In this document: one piece after another, positions 1-10,513 of the stretch | Numbering within the stretch: position 1 is the first letter of the stretch | Layout of the letters: each line of letters begins with the position of its first letter | Position numbers and translations under genes: made by a program | Notes under the pieces: generated by a model | Databases searched by the model: none | What the model was told of the DNA's origin: nothing | Seen by the model: the letters and a program-made list of their open reading frames with translations, nothing else | DNA from: an uncultured Gammaproteobacteria bacterium | GTDB taxonomy: Bacteria; Pseudomonadota; Gammaproteobacteria; JABCZS01 | NCBI GenBank assembly: GCA_964383495.1 | Contig: CAYLHG010000003.1 | Location: 17,771-81,770, forward strand | Length of the DNA: 64,000 bases | Reading direction: 5' to 3'

Positions 1-1196
1 AACCACTTCCCGTGTAAGAAAATTTCATGGTGTCAATAGGGAGACCATTGAGATTGCTTAATGGTGAAACACCTCTAGCAATGGAATCTAATGCAACCTC
101 GCCGCCCCAAGCATCTATCACAGCATCCCAGTTAATACCGTAATCCGTGTTTGCGGTTAACTCAACATTAAATACATCCACCTTCACTGCAATTTTACGA
201 CGACCTTTATCATTAATTTTATTGATATAATCTTCAATACGTAATAAACGCTCAGGGATATCTGTCACGGTTAAGTAACCTGACCTTGGGTTAGAGTTAA
301 CACGTCCGTCGCTTGATAGCATGGCTGAAATAGTAGCAATAGTATCTTTCCATGCGTTACTCGCAAGTTGATTGTACGTAACATCCATGACAGCACCACT
401 GTTTAAATTGGATCCCGAATCAGAACCACCCATGGTAGATGAGGATGACATTTCATTCTTAAATGTTGTTTCACCTGGCAGCAAATCTAAGGCTAACACC
501 TTTGTTTGCACACGGAAAAAGTTAACTGTTGTCTCTTCTGGAAGATATTCCCAATAAATATTAAAACCTGATGTGAATCTGTCTATTAATTCTTTCAATG
601 TTCCTTCATATTGCAAACTAAGTTGAATATTTTTCAGCACGCCGACATTGGCTGCCACATCACTGCTGCCGGCCTCAATGGCCGCTGATTGCAAACCTCC
701 CCCAGCCCCGGCGCCCGTGCCACTTATGATACTACTTGTTGGCTGAGCAGTATCACTAGAAGCTCCACTTTGTGCACTACTATTTGACGTGCTACTACTT
801 GCAGTTGCTCCGCTTGTACCACCCTGAATATAAATAATTGCATCGGGACTAAATCTAAATTTAATACCTGTTTGTGCATGAAGATCGGCTAGAATTGTTG
901 GCAAGCTTTCAGCAGATGCGCTAGCGTAAAGCATTTTTTGGTTAAATATGGGAGGCAAGGTCACTGCTTTATTAATTTGAAAAGAATTCTGAGCCACCAT
1001 GTATGCATCGGTATGCTCTACTAAGGAACGTTTATTTGCTATTTCATTTGTCTTAGCATAGATTTCTTGCGATTTATTAGAATCTCTATTTAAATCTTCT
1101 TGCGTGGTAACAAAATTGGAATCACAAGCAGCTAAAATACACGCGACTATAAAAACTGTACCTAAGCGCAGTGCAGATAAAAATCGTTCCATCATT
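1..1196 (-). CDS. Lipoprotein-type secretin (PilN/TcpC/MshL-like), N-terminal part; C-terminus lies beyond the window start
   Basis: Minus-strand translation from ATG at 1196: MMERFLSALRLGTVFIVACILAACDS (lipobox LAAC). An S/T/G-rich linker follows, then a secretin-N-like region. The C-domain onset motif RKIAVKVDVFNVELTANTDYGINWDAV is present. Reading frame runs open to position 1. Not in the ORF track because it is partial. Confidence 0.55.
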
Positions 1197-1206
1197 GCAG
1201 TTCCTT

Positions 1207-2043
1207 TTAAGGCATCACAGCCATAATGCTCGAGTTATAAGTATTCTCACGAATCACAACCACTTTATTTCGAGCAAACTGCGCTTTGAGCGGTTGATCA
1301 AGATGTCGTAAGGTTCCTAGCAATTGATCAAGAGAGCCTCCCTGGGCGCTAAATTCTCCAAAAATAGTCGCTGGAGCTACCATCGTGTAATCGCGTTGAA
1401 TAGACCATCGCATACTCCAATCTGCTTGCTTTGACCACCGAGAAACAGTTTGCTTGAGTGTTTGCCCTTTCAACACATAAAAAACACGAGGGCTTTTTTG
1501 CGCCAAGGCTTGCGCTTCTAAGGAATCTGATGCTACAGCAATAATTTTATCTTGCTTGTTTATTGCAACTACAGCATTAGGATATTGCTCTTTTGCATCT
1601 TCTAATCTCATACGCACTGAAGATTCAGCACGCCCTTTACTATAACGATCCTTATCATAACCTCTATCAAAATCTTTATCATAACCTCGCGGTTCAAGGT
1701 CTCTATCAAAATCTTTGTCATATCCACGGCGTGATGTATGGTTGATATGCATATTATCCGCAACACGCAATGTGTAACGTCGATATGTCATTTCATTCAA
1801 TTCATCTATGTTATGCACAAATCGTACATTAGATGCCGGTACGGTGCCCGTTTGATCGGGAGCGCCCAACATAGCACTAAGACTACCCAGCACATCGTCT
1901 GTTGCCATAGCTTCTTGTGTATTTTGCACAGCACGATTCGCATCGCTAGCGCGACTGTATTCATCAGTGTAATCAACTGAAGGGCCACTTATACAACCAA
2001 CTAATACTGAGGCAAGTAAGGTGGCGAGGTATCGATAGAACAT
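1207..2043 (-). CDS. Lipoprotein (LVGC lipobox) with a TcpQ/PilL-like C-terminal region and in-frame RGYDKDFD tandem repeats; likely partner of the downstream secretin
   Basis: 278 aa, signal peptide + Cys. Lies 10 bp upstream of the secretin gene on the same strand. Contains RGYDKDFDR x3 imperfect repeats. Confidence 0.45.
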   Translation of the reverse strand: MFYRYLATLLASVLVGCISGPSVDYTDEYSRASDANRAVQNTQEAMATDDVLGSLSAMLGAPDQTGTVPASNVRFVHNIDELNEMTYRRYTLRVADNMHINHTSRRGYDKDFDRDLEPRGYDKDFDRGYDKDRYSKGRAESSVRMRLEDAKEQYPNAVVAINKQDKIIAVASDSLEAQALAQKSPRVFYVLKGQTLKQTVSRWSKQADWSMRWSIQRDYTMVAPATIFGEFSAQGGSLDQLLGTLRHLDQPLKAQFARNKVVVIRENTYNSSIMAVMP

Positions 2044-2180
2044 ATGATATCCCTTTATAATGTCATTCCTAGGTACCGTACTACCTAAGGTTAAACCCCA
2101 TCAAGGTTTTTTTCAAGGGAAGAACAAAAAAACACAGTTCAGAAAAGAAATCTGCTATCATCCTGCGTATCAGGGGGGAA

Positions 2181-2774
2181 TTGACTTCTATGAGCAATCC
2201 GTTCTTACATGCGCTAGAGTTTTTGATCGACACACTCTTCACCCTTTATATTGCTACTTTCTTGCTACGTTTTTTACTGCAATGGGTCCGTGCTGACTTT
2301 TATAATCCTGTCTGCCAATCAATCATCAAAATAACTAATCCTGTTTTATTGCCCATGCGGCGCATCATCCCCGGCTGGAAAGGCGTTGACTGGGCTTCAT
2401 TAGTGATTGTATTAGTCTTTTGCTTTGTTAATCAGTATATATTAATTGCTTTACGTATGTTTATGCTACCTGACCCTGCAGGTACATTTTTATTTGCGAT
2501 AGCTGATGCTGTAGGGCTTTGCTTAAATATTTATATTTTTTCTACCCTGATTTGGGTAGTAACAAGCTGGCTAACCCCGCATGCCATCAATCCCGTTTTG
2601 CAGGCGATTTATCCATTGATTGCGCCCTGGCTACAGCAAATTCAACGCTTCATGCCACGGTTTGCTGGGCTAGATCTCTCGCCAGTTGCATTGATGGTTA
2701 GTCTTTCTTTGATAAATATTTTATTAGTGATTCCATTAAAAGAAATAGCTATCCGGTTAATTGCCAAATCATGA
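2181..2774 (+). CDS. yggT: YggT-family inner-membrane protein
   Basis: Motifs LLRFLLQW, DFYNP and PMRRIIPG match E. coli YggT. About 190 aa polytopic membrane protein. Confidence 0.8.
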   Translation: MTSMSNPFLHALEFLIDTLFTLYIATFLLRFLLQWVRADFYNPVCQSIIKITNPVLLPMRRIIPGWKGVDWASLVIVLVFCFVNQYILIALRMFMLPDPAGTFLFAIADAVGLCLNIYIFSTLIWVVTSWLTPHAINPVLQAIYPLIAPWLQQIQRFMPRFAGLDLSPVALMVSLSLINILLVIPLKEIAIRLIAKS

Positions 2775-3980
2775 ATACTCATCCATAAATCGTACATCCC
2801 TCGCAACTTTTTCTCCACGGCGACGGTGGCAACGGCTGATCATCCAATAACCCACCACACCTGATGTAATAGAGCCAATAAAAATACCGATCCGATCAGC
2901 TGCGAACCCATCCAATGTGCCAGGAACAAAAGAAAGTGATGCGATGAACAAACTCATGGTAAACCCAATACCACATAAGATACAGCCACCATACATGGTC
3001 ACCCAATCTGTATGTCGCGGCAGCTTCGCCACACCTAACTGAATAGCTACCCATACAAAAGCTGCAATGCCTAGCTGCTTACCTATAAATAAGCCCAACG
3101 ATACGCCGTAAGTCACCGTGTTAGCAAAGTCATGAATGGTTAAATTACTCAAATGCACACCTGCATTTGTAAACGCAAACAACGGCAAAATACCATATAC
3201 AACGTAAGGATGTAACGCAAATTCTAATTGTTTTAAAGGGGAAGGGATCCCTTTAGTTCCTTTGTGAGGAATCACTAGTCCCAACGCCACACCTGCTAAC
3301 GTTGCATGCACCCCAGACTTTAGCACAAACAACCACATCACCAAGCCAACTAACATGTACGGTGTTAGCTTGCGCACCCCCAGGCGATTGAAAGCAAATA
3401 GAATGGCCAAACACACTAGTGAACTCATCAACATGGTAAAAGATAAATCATGCGAATAGAAAAAGGCAATCACCATAATGGCGCCAATATCGTCAAAAAT
3501 CGCCAAAGATAATAGGAACATCCGCAAACCGGGTGGAACACGTTGGCCCAACAGCGCTAACATACCAAGGACAAAAGCAATGTCTGTAGCGGTAGGAATT
3601 GCCCAACCATGGCTGTAAAGAGGGTTCGCATGATTAAACAAAGCATAGATCAAGGCGGGCACTAACATTCCGCCCAGCGCCCCAATGGCAGGCAGCGCAA
3701 CCTGCGAAGGCGTTGATAACTCCCCTTCCAGGGCCTCGCGCTTCACTTCTAATGCGATCATCAAGAAGAAAATCACCATCAAGCCGTCATTAATCCAAAG
3801 CAGTAGAGGTTTGACTAATTCTCGCTGCCCCAGCGACACGCCAAATGCAGTAGATAATAACAACCCGTAAGCATCTTTTAAAGGAGAGTTAGCCACCAGC
3901 AAGGCGAGCACGGCGGCTGAGAATAATAGGATGCCTCCGACCAATTCACGGGTAAAAATTTTGCTGATGACCTTATTCAT
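2769..3980 (-). CDS. nhaA: Na+/H+ antiporter NhaA
   Basis: N-terminus MNKVISKIF..GGILLFSAAVLALLVANS aligns to E. coli NhaA. FFLMIALEVKRE motif present. Start placed at the internal Met (3980) rather than the ORF-track start at 4025. Confidence 0.85.
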   Translation of the reverse strand: MNKVISKIFTRELVGGILLFSAAVLALLVANSPLKDAYGLLLSTAFGVSLGQRELVKPLLLWINDGLMVIFFLMIALEVKREALEGELSTPSQVALPAIGALGGMLVPALIYALFNHANPLYSHGWAIPTATDIAFVLGMLALLGQRVPPGLRMFLLSLAIFDDIGAIMVIAFFYSHDLSFTMLMSSLVCLAILFAFNRLGVRKLTPYMLVGLVMWLFVLKSGVHATLAGVALGLVIPHKGTKGIPSPLKQLEFALHPYVVYGILPLFAFTNAGVHLSNLTIHDFANTVTYGVSLGLFIGKQLGIAAFVWVAIQLGVAKLPRHTDWVTMYGGCILCGIGFTMSLFIASLSFVPGTLDGFAADRIGIFIGSITSGVVGYWMISRCHRRRGEKVARDVRFMDEYS

Positions 3981-4041
3981 GGTATTGATAGCCTTCAAAA
4001 AAATGGAATAGCGCAACCATACCATATCTCAGGAAGCACGT

Positions 4042-6210
4042 CTAGGAGGAGGGGGTTTGCCCAGGCACAGACGTGCTGTGAGCGGAAGAAAACGCATCAT
4101 CAGATGACGCTGTCAAAGTGCCAGTATCAGACGCATCCGGCTCAGACAGTGCTCCAGGTGTTGCGATAATCATATGAGCTGTTGCTGTAAAGCGGTAGTG
4201 ACGATACGCGGCATAAACACTCAACGCAAATAACACCACAAGAAATGCTAGCGCCCCTGTAGTAGCAGAAGATTTTAACAATGCTGATTGATCTTCATCT
4301 TGCAATAAATTCATTTCTGTAACAACATTTACCTCACCTAAATATAAACTTAAAGCTGCAGCAAACCCAACAACCAAAGAAATGAACATAATACTGTCTA
4401 AACTAAGATACCATGGCCGAGCCTCTATCCATTTTTCCGCCGTAATAGAAAAAACATGATCTAGCTGGGGTTTGTAATCAACCTCAGCTGCTGCATATAA
4501 TGCAATTATCTTGCTCCCCACGGCAGATTTGCACTCACCTGCAGCGCCTAACGCAATAGCTTGGCACAACAGCTCGTTATTATTACATTCTAAAATTTGC
4601 TTTCTCTCTTCTTTATTACATATTAAAAAAATATCTTCTATGATTTGCGGATCACCATCTGCGTCAACCACTGCTTCCAACGTTTTTTGCACAGTTTCCA
4701 CTTTTTGTTCTTTAGGGCAATCATTGATCAAACACATCACCATTTCATCGCGCCTTTCATCGATAGCTGCTTTCAATGGTTCGTATAATGAAACGCAAGA
4801 TTTATTTGCTACAAGGTAGATCGGATAAAATAATTTCATGGAAGCTATCTTATCTGTTTTTGCAATTTCGGTTAATTGTCTTTGCATTTTTTCGTAAAAA
4901 GTTTCTCGAGGCGGGTATTGCTTCTGATTATTTCTATGCAATTCTCTTAATAATTCGAAAAGCTCAGGCGTGATTGAAAAATTACCGTCTCTATAAGCAT
5001 TAGCGAGACCATCTTTAGATAACCCCACTAACGCATTAACTTCAGCATACACCAAAATAGCATCCATATGCTCCTGATCAAGCGCAGGGCGATCTTCCAT
5101 CGCAAGTAATTGAGTGCATACATTATACGGATCGGTGCTCACATTTTTTTGTAACGATTTCAACAATGTTTCATTGAATAATTTAGATCTATCCTGAGAA
5201 GGGCAAAACTTGAAAGCTATTCTGATCATAATAGATCTATCGCTCGCGGAGATTTCGTTCTTTAATATATAAGCTAAAATAGATTCAGCAGCTAATTTCT
5301 TATCAGGGTGAGATTCCAATGTCCGTTCCAACATTACATTCGAAATTTTTCTTCTTTCAAAAATAAATGTCAATATTTCCTGATAAAACTGTTTTCTTAC
5401 ATCCAATCCTGCATTGGAAGACAAAGCCATCAATAATTTTTCAAAAATTTGCTCGTAAATATTTTTTTCTTTATTTAGCGCGTCTTCATAACCTACTATC
5501 ATTTGTTTGATAAATAATTCCAATGTTTCTGGTGTGAAAGTGTCGCGTTTTTTAGATATCCAAAAATCTAAAATATCAATACTATGATATTGAATAGCAG
5601 AATCTATAGCTATTTTAAATAAATCATCATCTTGAATAAGTGTGTCCCTAGTCGACAGTGGCATGCGCGCCCATATATCTTCAAACACAGCTTTAACGTA
5701 TTTGCCTTCATAGCCACCACTACTGCCTTTAGGATACCGTGTTCTCCATATAAAAATCTTTATCAATTCAGTCTCAGGATTTCCCCTAAAGGTAAGCTGA
5801 GAAATGCCTTGCACAATCTTTGTATAGTTAGTGGTAAGCACCTCTGAATTAGGCACACTCTCTTTATTATTTTCATATTCGGCTAATAGTTCCTCAAGAC
5901 CGACTATTTGCGTTTCTTGCCGGATTTTATGAGGTAGAAGTTTATATAAATCAAACGCTATTTCCAGTTTAGAAGTATTGGCCTCAGAGGTAGGAAACAT
6001 CATTGTGCCCTCTGCGCTCAATGGTTCTTCATGCCAAGAGGGGGCTTTAGGACTTAGGGAAGAGGGAGAAGGAGGCGAGGATAAAGAAGTAACAGCTGCG
6101 GCTGTCAATGTAGGACGTAACGGTTTTTTTCCTTTATCAATAACAGTGGTACTAGGCTGCTCGTTTGCAGGAATCACTGCAATATCTTCATTATCATCCC
6201 CGTTACCCAT
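4042..6210 (-). CDS. Hypothetical 722-aa protein; Pro/Ser-rich N-terminus, C-terminal two-helix hydrophobic hairpin, S/T/D-rich tail
   Basis: Long ORF with GGAGG RBS. AT-rich relative to its neighbours. No recognisable catalytic motifs. Confidence 0.6.
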   Translation of the reverse strand: MGNGDDNEDIAVIPANEQPSTTVIDKGKKPLRPTLTAAAVTSLSSPPSPSSLSPKAPSWHEEPLSAEGTMMFPTSEANTSKLEIAFDLYKLLPHKIRQETQIVGLEELLAEYENNKESVPNSEVLTTNYTKIVQGISQLTFRGNPETELIKIFIWRTRYPKGSSGGYEGKYVKAVFEDIWARMPLSTRDTLIQDDDLFKIAIDSAIQYHSIDILDFWISKKRDTFTPETLELFIKQMIVGYEDALNKEKNIYEQIFEKLLMALSSNAGLDVRKQFYQEILTFIFERRKISNVMLERTLESHPDKKLAAESILAYILKNEISASDRSIMIRIAFKFCPSQDRSKLFNETLLKSLQKNVSTDPYNVCTQLLAMEDRPALDQEHMDAILVYAEVNALVGLSKDGLANAYRDGNFSITPELFELLRELHRNNQKQYPPRETFYEKMQRQLTEIAKTDKIASMKLFYPIYLVANKSCVSLYEPLKAAIDERRDEMVMCLINDCPKEQKVETVQKTLEAVVDADGDPQIIEDIFLICNKEERKQILECNNNELLCQAIALGAAGECKSAVGSKIIALYAAAEVDYKPQLDHVFSITAEKWIEARPWYLSLDSIMFISLVVGFAAALSLYLGEVNVVTEMNLLQDEDQSALLKSSATTGALAFLVVLFALSVYAAYRHYRFTATAHMIIATPGALSEPDASDTGTLTASSDDAFSSAHSTSVPGQTPSS

Positions 6211-6367
6211 ACTAGCCTCCTAAACAGATGTTATTCGGTCTTCACAGGTTGTTTTTGATTTAATAATTTTTTAATTTTATAATTTTTAATTGATGTTAAT
6301 CAATCGACTTGTTCAGGAAGAAGCAAGCCTCCCGCCACACTAAGCATGTTATACTGAAGAAATCCTT

Positions 6368-7588
6368 TTGCGCTGGAGAGAACAATTCATGGCCTTTTTA
6401 AAAAAACCCCTTACGTTACTAATCATTGCATTAGGGTTAGGTGTTCTCACAGGGCTATACCCTCAGCCATTATTGATTAACCTTGCTAATACGGTAGCGA
6501 TGATTTTTGTTAATCTGCTTAAATTGATCAGTTTGCCTTTAATTTTTTTAGCAGTTGTAGCTACGCTCACCCAAATGCAAAACATGGCAGAGCTCAGATC
6601 ATTAGGAAGTAGGGTGCTGAAATATACATTGCTTACGACTATCACAGCAGCAACCATCGGGTTAGGTTTATTTTTATGGCTTAACCCTGTTCAAACGGGG
6701 CTTTCTTTAGATGTTGCGCCCCTATACACACCGGAAGGCACCTATTGGGATTATTTATTAAAAATCGTTCCCTCCAATCTCATCACACCTTTCAGCGAAG
6801 GCAATGTGATTGCTGTATTGATTTTAGCGCTTTTAGTAAGCTTCGCGATTTTACCTCTACCACCACACCAAAAAAACTTATTGAATGATTTGTTCACCAG
6901 TTTATTTGCAGCCATGCTTTCCATTGCTAAATTAATTTTAAAATTTATTCCCATTGCTATATGGGCGTTTATCGCACAGTTTATTGAGGAAATGAATACA
7001 AAGAAAGAGTTGCAACATATTGTTGTATTCTTAATTTGTGTAGTTTCTGCTAATTTAATTCAAGCACTCGTCGTGCTACCGTTGCTTTTAAAGTCAAAAG
7101 GTATTCCTCCCTTGAAAACCTTCAAAGCAATGTTCCCTGCATTAAACATCGCATTTTGGTCAAAATCTTCTGCAGCAACATTGCCTATCACACTACAATG
7201 TGCAAAAGAACGTTTAGGAATTTCCGAAAAAACAGCTGGGTTTTCCATTCCGATCTGCACAACCATTAATATGAATGGTTGTGCAGCATTCATTGTCATC
7301 ACGGTTTTATTTGTGTCCATGAGTAACGGCATGCATTTTTCCGTTCCAGAGTTGATCGCATGGATATTCATTGCAACATTAACTGCGGTTGGTAACGCCG
7401 GCGTTCCGATGGGATGCTACTTTTTATCGATGGCTTTATTAACGAGTATGAATGTACCGTTAGATCTAATGTTTGTGATTTTGCCTTTTTACGTATTCCT
7501 CGATATGTTGGAAACATCCATCAATGTGTGGTCTGATGCGTGCGTCACGGCAGTGGTGGATAAAGAGGAAAACAGACATTCACAATAA
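6368..7588 (+). CDS. Dicarboxylate/amino acid:cation symporter (DAACS/GltP-SstT family)
   Basis: Multi-TM protein with SSAATLP and NMNGCA motifs, corresponding to the SSSAALP and NMDGTA family signatures. True start may be the Met at 6389. Confidence 0.75.
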   Translation: MRWREQFMAFLKKPLTLLIIALGLGVLTGLYPQPLLINLANTVAMIFVNLLKLISLPLIFLAVVATLTQMQNMAELRSLGSRVLKYTLLTTITAATIGLGLFLWLNPVQTGLSLDVAPLYTPEGTYWDYLLKIVPSNLITPFSEGNVIAVLILALLVSFAILPLPPHQKNLLNDLFTSLFAAMLSIAKLILKFIPIAIWAFIAQFIEEMNTKKELQHIVVFLICVVSANLIQALVVLPLLLKSKGIPPLKTFKAMFPALNIAFWSKSSAATLPITLQCAKERLGISEKTAGFSIPICTTINMNGCAAFIVITVLFVSMSNGMHFSVPELIAWIFIATLTAVGNAGVPMGCYFLSMALLTSMNVPLDLMFVILPFYVFLDMLETSINVWSDACVTAVVDKEENRHSQ

Positions 7589-7625
7589 CATGCAGCCGCT
7601 CTATTTATTAGGGTTTTTGTACTAA

Positions 7626-9902
7626 TCACTCACCCAATGGCTCAGCATGCCCACACGTCTTAATCGGACATACTTTTTCTTTCCCTTTGCGCTTGGTTTC
7701 TTTTTTTGTCATCATCAAGAAACCACATTTAGGACAAGGTTCATCCAAAGGTTCATTCCAAACAGCAAATTTACAGTCAGGATAACGGCTACACGAATAA
7801 AATATTTTTCCGTAACGCGATTTGCGCGACACCATATTTCCTTGGGAGCATTCGGGGCAACGCACCCCCGTATCAGCCGGTTTTTCTAACGGCTCAATGT
7901 GCTTGCAATCAGGATACCCCGTACATCCAATAAATTTACCAAAACGTCCATGACGAATTTGTAATTTTTTGCTGCAATCCGGACAGTCCCTATCTAAAAT
8001 TTCTGGTTGTGATGTTTCTTCTCCATCCATGCTGCGCGTGTAATCGCAATCAGGATAGGACACGCACCCAATAAACCGTCCGCGTCGACCTAAACGAATA
8101 GATAATTCTTTTCCACATTTAGGGCATTTTTCATCTAATTTTTCTTGCGTCACATCACTACGCTTCACATTTACTTCTGTATCATCTACTAACGTTTTAA
8201 ACGGTTGCCAGAAATTTTCTAACAAAGGCACCCATTGCGCTTCGCCGCGTGATACAGCATCTAATTGATCTTCCAAATGCGCTGTAAAATCATAATCGAC
8301 ATAATTTGTAAAATACTCTGTCAAAAATTTGTTGACGACTTTACCTACATCGGTAGGAATAAAACGTTTTTTATCCATTTCAACATATTCACGCGCTTGA
8401 AGTGTATGAATAATACTTGCATACGTAGAAGGGCGGCCAATACCGTGCTCCTCTAATGCTTTCACAAGGCTTGCTTCCGTATACGCAGGCGGAGGTTCTG
8501 TGAAATGTTGAATCGGCTCAATGCTTTTTAAAGAAACTATTTGTCCTTCGTGAAACTCAGGCAACATTTTTTCATCATCTTCGCCCGGTTTTTGATCATC
8601 CACACCTTCTTGATACACAGAAATAAAACCCGGATCAACAATTGTTGAACCCGTTGCACGAAATACATGCTGCTCATCTGCTGCTAAATCAACACCCACT
8701 GTATTAATGGTCGCATGAATCATTTGGCATGCAACAGCTCGCTTCCAAATTAATTGATACAGTTTAAATTGATCGGCAGATAAATGTGTCTTAATAGCTT
8801 CCGGCACATTTTCTACGTGCGTAGGGCGAATAGCTTCATGCGCTTCTTGTGCATTTTTTGATTTTGATTTATACACGCGCGGTTCATCGGGTAAATTTTT
8901 CTTTCCGTAGCGTGATTCAATAAATGCACGAATTTCTGCTACCGCTTCAGGTGCTAAATGCGTCGCATCAGTACGCATATACGTAATCAAACCTTCTACA
9001 CCATTTCCAACATCAACACCTTCATATAATTGTTGCGCAGTGCGCATGGTGCGTTGTGCTGTAAAGCCTAATTTCCGTGCTGCCTCTTGTTGCAATGTGG
9101 ATGTGATGAACGGCGCAGCGGGGTTTCTTTTACGTTGTTTTTTCTCTATATTTGTAACAGTTAATTTCCCTTGCGCTAATTTTTCTAGCTTTTGTTGCGC
9201 TTTTAATGCAGTTGCTTCATCAGTAATAGTAAATTGCTCAAACTTTTTTCCATCAAACAAAGTTAATCTGGCATCTACCTCTTGTCCATCTGGATGACAA
9301 TGCGCTTCAATACTCCAAAATTCTTGTGGCACGAAAGCATCAATCAATGCTTGTCGTTCAACGATCATTCGCAAAGCAGGGCTTTGCACACGTCCGGCCG
9401 ATAAACCGCGTCGAATTTTTTTCCATAACAATGGGGATAAATTAAAACCTACTAAATAATCTAACGCACGACGTGCTTGTTGCGAATGCACTAAATCCAT
9501 GGATAATTCGCGCGGGTGTGCAATGGCATCTAATACTGCATTTTTGGTAATTTGGTTGAACACGATACGATGTACGGCTTTACCTTTCAATGCATTATGC
9601 TCTTTTGCTACTTCATAAAGATGCCAAGAAATAGCTTCCCCTTCGCGGTCTGGGTCAGTGGCCAGTAGCAATTCATCTACATCTTTCAACGCTTTTAAAA
9701 AAGTGTCGACGTGCTTTTTATTTTTTTCGATTAATTCATAACGCATGGCAAAATCATGTTGCGGATCAACCGCGCCTTCTTTGGCTACTAAGTCACGAAT
9801 ATGGCCATAAGAAGCGATGACCTTGTAATCCTTCTTGCCCAGATATTTTTCCAAGGTTTTTGTTTTAGCTGGCGATTCAACGACAACGAGACGTTTAGTC
9901 AT
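7626..9902 (-). CDS. topA: DNA topoisomerase I
   Basis: Toprim N-terminus (VVVESPAKTKT), active-site region and three C-terminal C4 zinc ribbons (CPKCG, CPDCS, CPECS). Confidence 0.95.
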   Translation of the reverse strand: MTKRLVVVESPAKTKTLEKYLGKKDYKVIASYGHIRDLVAKEGAVDPQHDFAMRYELIEKNKKHVDTFLKALKDVDELLLATDPDREGEAISWHLYEVAKEHNALKGKAVHRIVFNQITKNAVLDAIAHPRELSMDLVHSQQARRALDYLVGFNLSPLLWKKIRRGLSAGRVQSPALRMIVERQALIDAFVPQEFWSIEAHCHPDGQEVDARLTLFDGKKFEQFTITDEATALKAQQKLEKLAQGKLTVTNIEKKQRKRNPAAPFITSTLQQEAARKLGFTAQRTMRTAQQLYEGVDVGNGVEGLITYMRTDATHLAPEAVAEIRAFIESRYGKKNLPDEPRVYKSKSKNAQEAHEAIRPTHVENVPEAIKTHLSADQFKLYQLIWKRAVACQMIHATINTVGVDLAADEQHVFRATGSTIVDPGFISVYQEGVDDQKPGEDDEKMLPEFHEGQIVSLKSIEPIQHFTEPPPAYTEASLVKALEEHGIGRPSTYASIIHTLQAREYVEMDKKRFIPTDVGKVVNKFLTEYFTNYVDYDFTAHLEDQLDAVSRGEAQWVPLLENFWQPFKTLVDDTEVNVKRSDVTQEKLDEKCPKCGKELSIRLGRRGRFIGCVSYPDCDYTRSMDGEETSQPEILDRDCPDCSKKLQIRHGRFGKFIGCTGYPDCKHIEPLEKPADTGVRCPECSQGNMVSRKSRYGKIFYSCSRYPDCKFAVWNEPLDEPCPKCGFLMMTKKETKRKGKEKVCPIKTCGHAEPLGE

Positions 9903-9977
9903 GGGGGTCCTTGTAAGTAAAATAGTGTGAGTGGGAATTTAGCTCAGATTTCAAAGAATGACAAGGGGGCGGAGGTC

Positions 9978-10022
9978 GGAAGACGGAAGAAACCTCTTTC
10001 TGTTCTCCGACTTCCGTCTTCC
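9978..10022. other. 12-bp-stem hairpin (GGAAGACGGAAG / CTTCCGTCTTCC, 21-nt loop) just downstream of smg
   Basis: Seen in sequence. No flanking T-run. Confidence 0.35.
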
Positions 10023-10024
10023 AA

Positions 10025-10513
10025 TCAATGCATTGTTTCAGTACAATCCCCCAGCATGAGTTCTTCCACCCATTCTACTGAAGGGCCATCTTCCCTACTC
10101 GTATTACATAAAACCATTAAAATCACCCACTTAAGTTGGCTTACGTCTACGCGTACAGATTCTAGCGCCAATACTCGCTCAATCACCATTTCACGTAATT
10201 GCGCATCGATCACACCGCACTCTTCCATGGTTTGCAAAAAACCTCGGCATTCTGGTAATAAACGGTCCACTTCCTCAGGCGTGTAAATCCGCATTCCGCC
10301 TTTTGTATGGGTGCGGACGCTTTCTGTACGCGCTTGGGCAAAGTGTAAATCTTCTAACCAATTGAAAGCCTTATCGATTTCTATCTTTTCAAAACCCGCT
10401 GCTTCCAGCTCTGTTGCTAAGGTCTCTTGGTCCGTTTCTATCTCATTATCAGTGTCCATATCAAAAACGTGATCGAACAAATAGATTAATACATCAAGCA
10501 CATTCTCTTTCAT
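10025..10513 (-). CDS. smg: Smg protein (DUF494)
   Basis: MKENVLDVLIYLFDHVF aligns to the E. coli Smg N-terminus. ATGA overlap with the dprA stop. Confidence 0.85.
   Translation of the reverse strand: MKENVLDVLIYLFDHVFDMDTDNEIETDQETLATELEAAGFEKIEIDKAFNWLEDLHFAQARTESVRTHTKGGMRIYTPEEVDRLLPECRGFLQTMEECGVIDAQLREMVIERVLALESVRVDVSQLKWVILMVLCNTSREDGPSVEWVEELMLGDCTETMH

Noticed and set aside
9927-10286. ORF-track entry of 119 aa on the plus strand
   Set aside because: Lies antisense to smg and spans the hairpin. Low-complexity S/T-rich translation, likely spurious.
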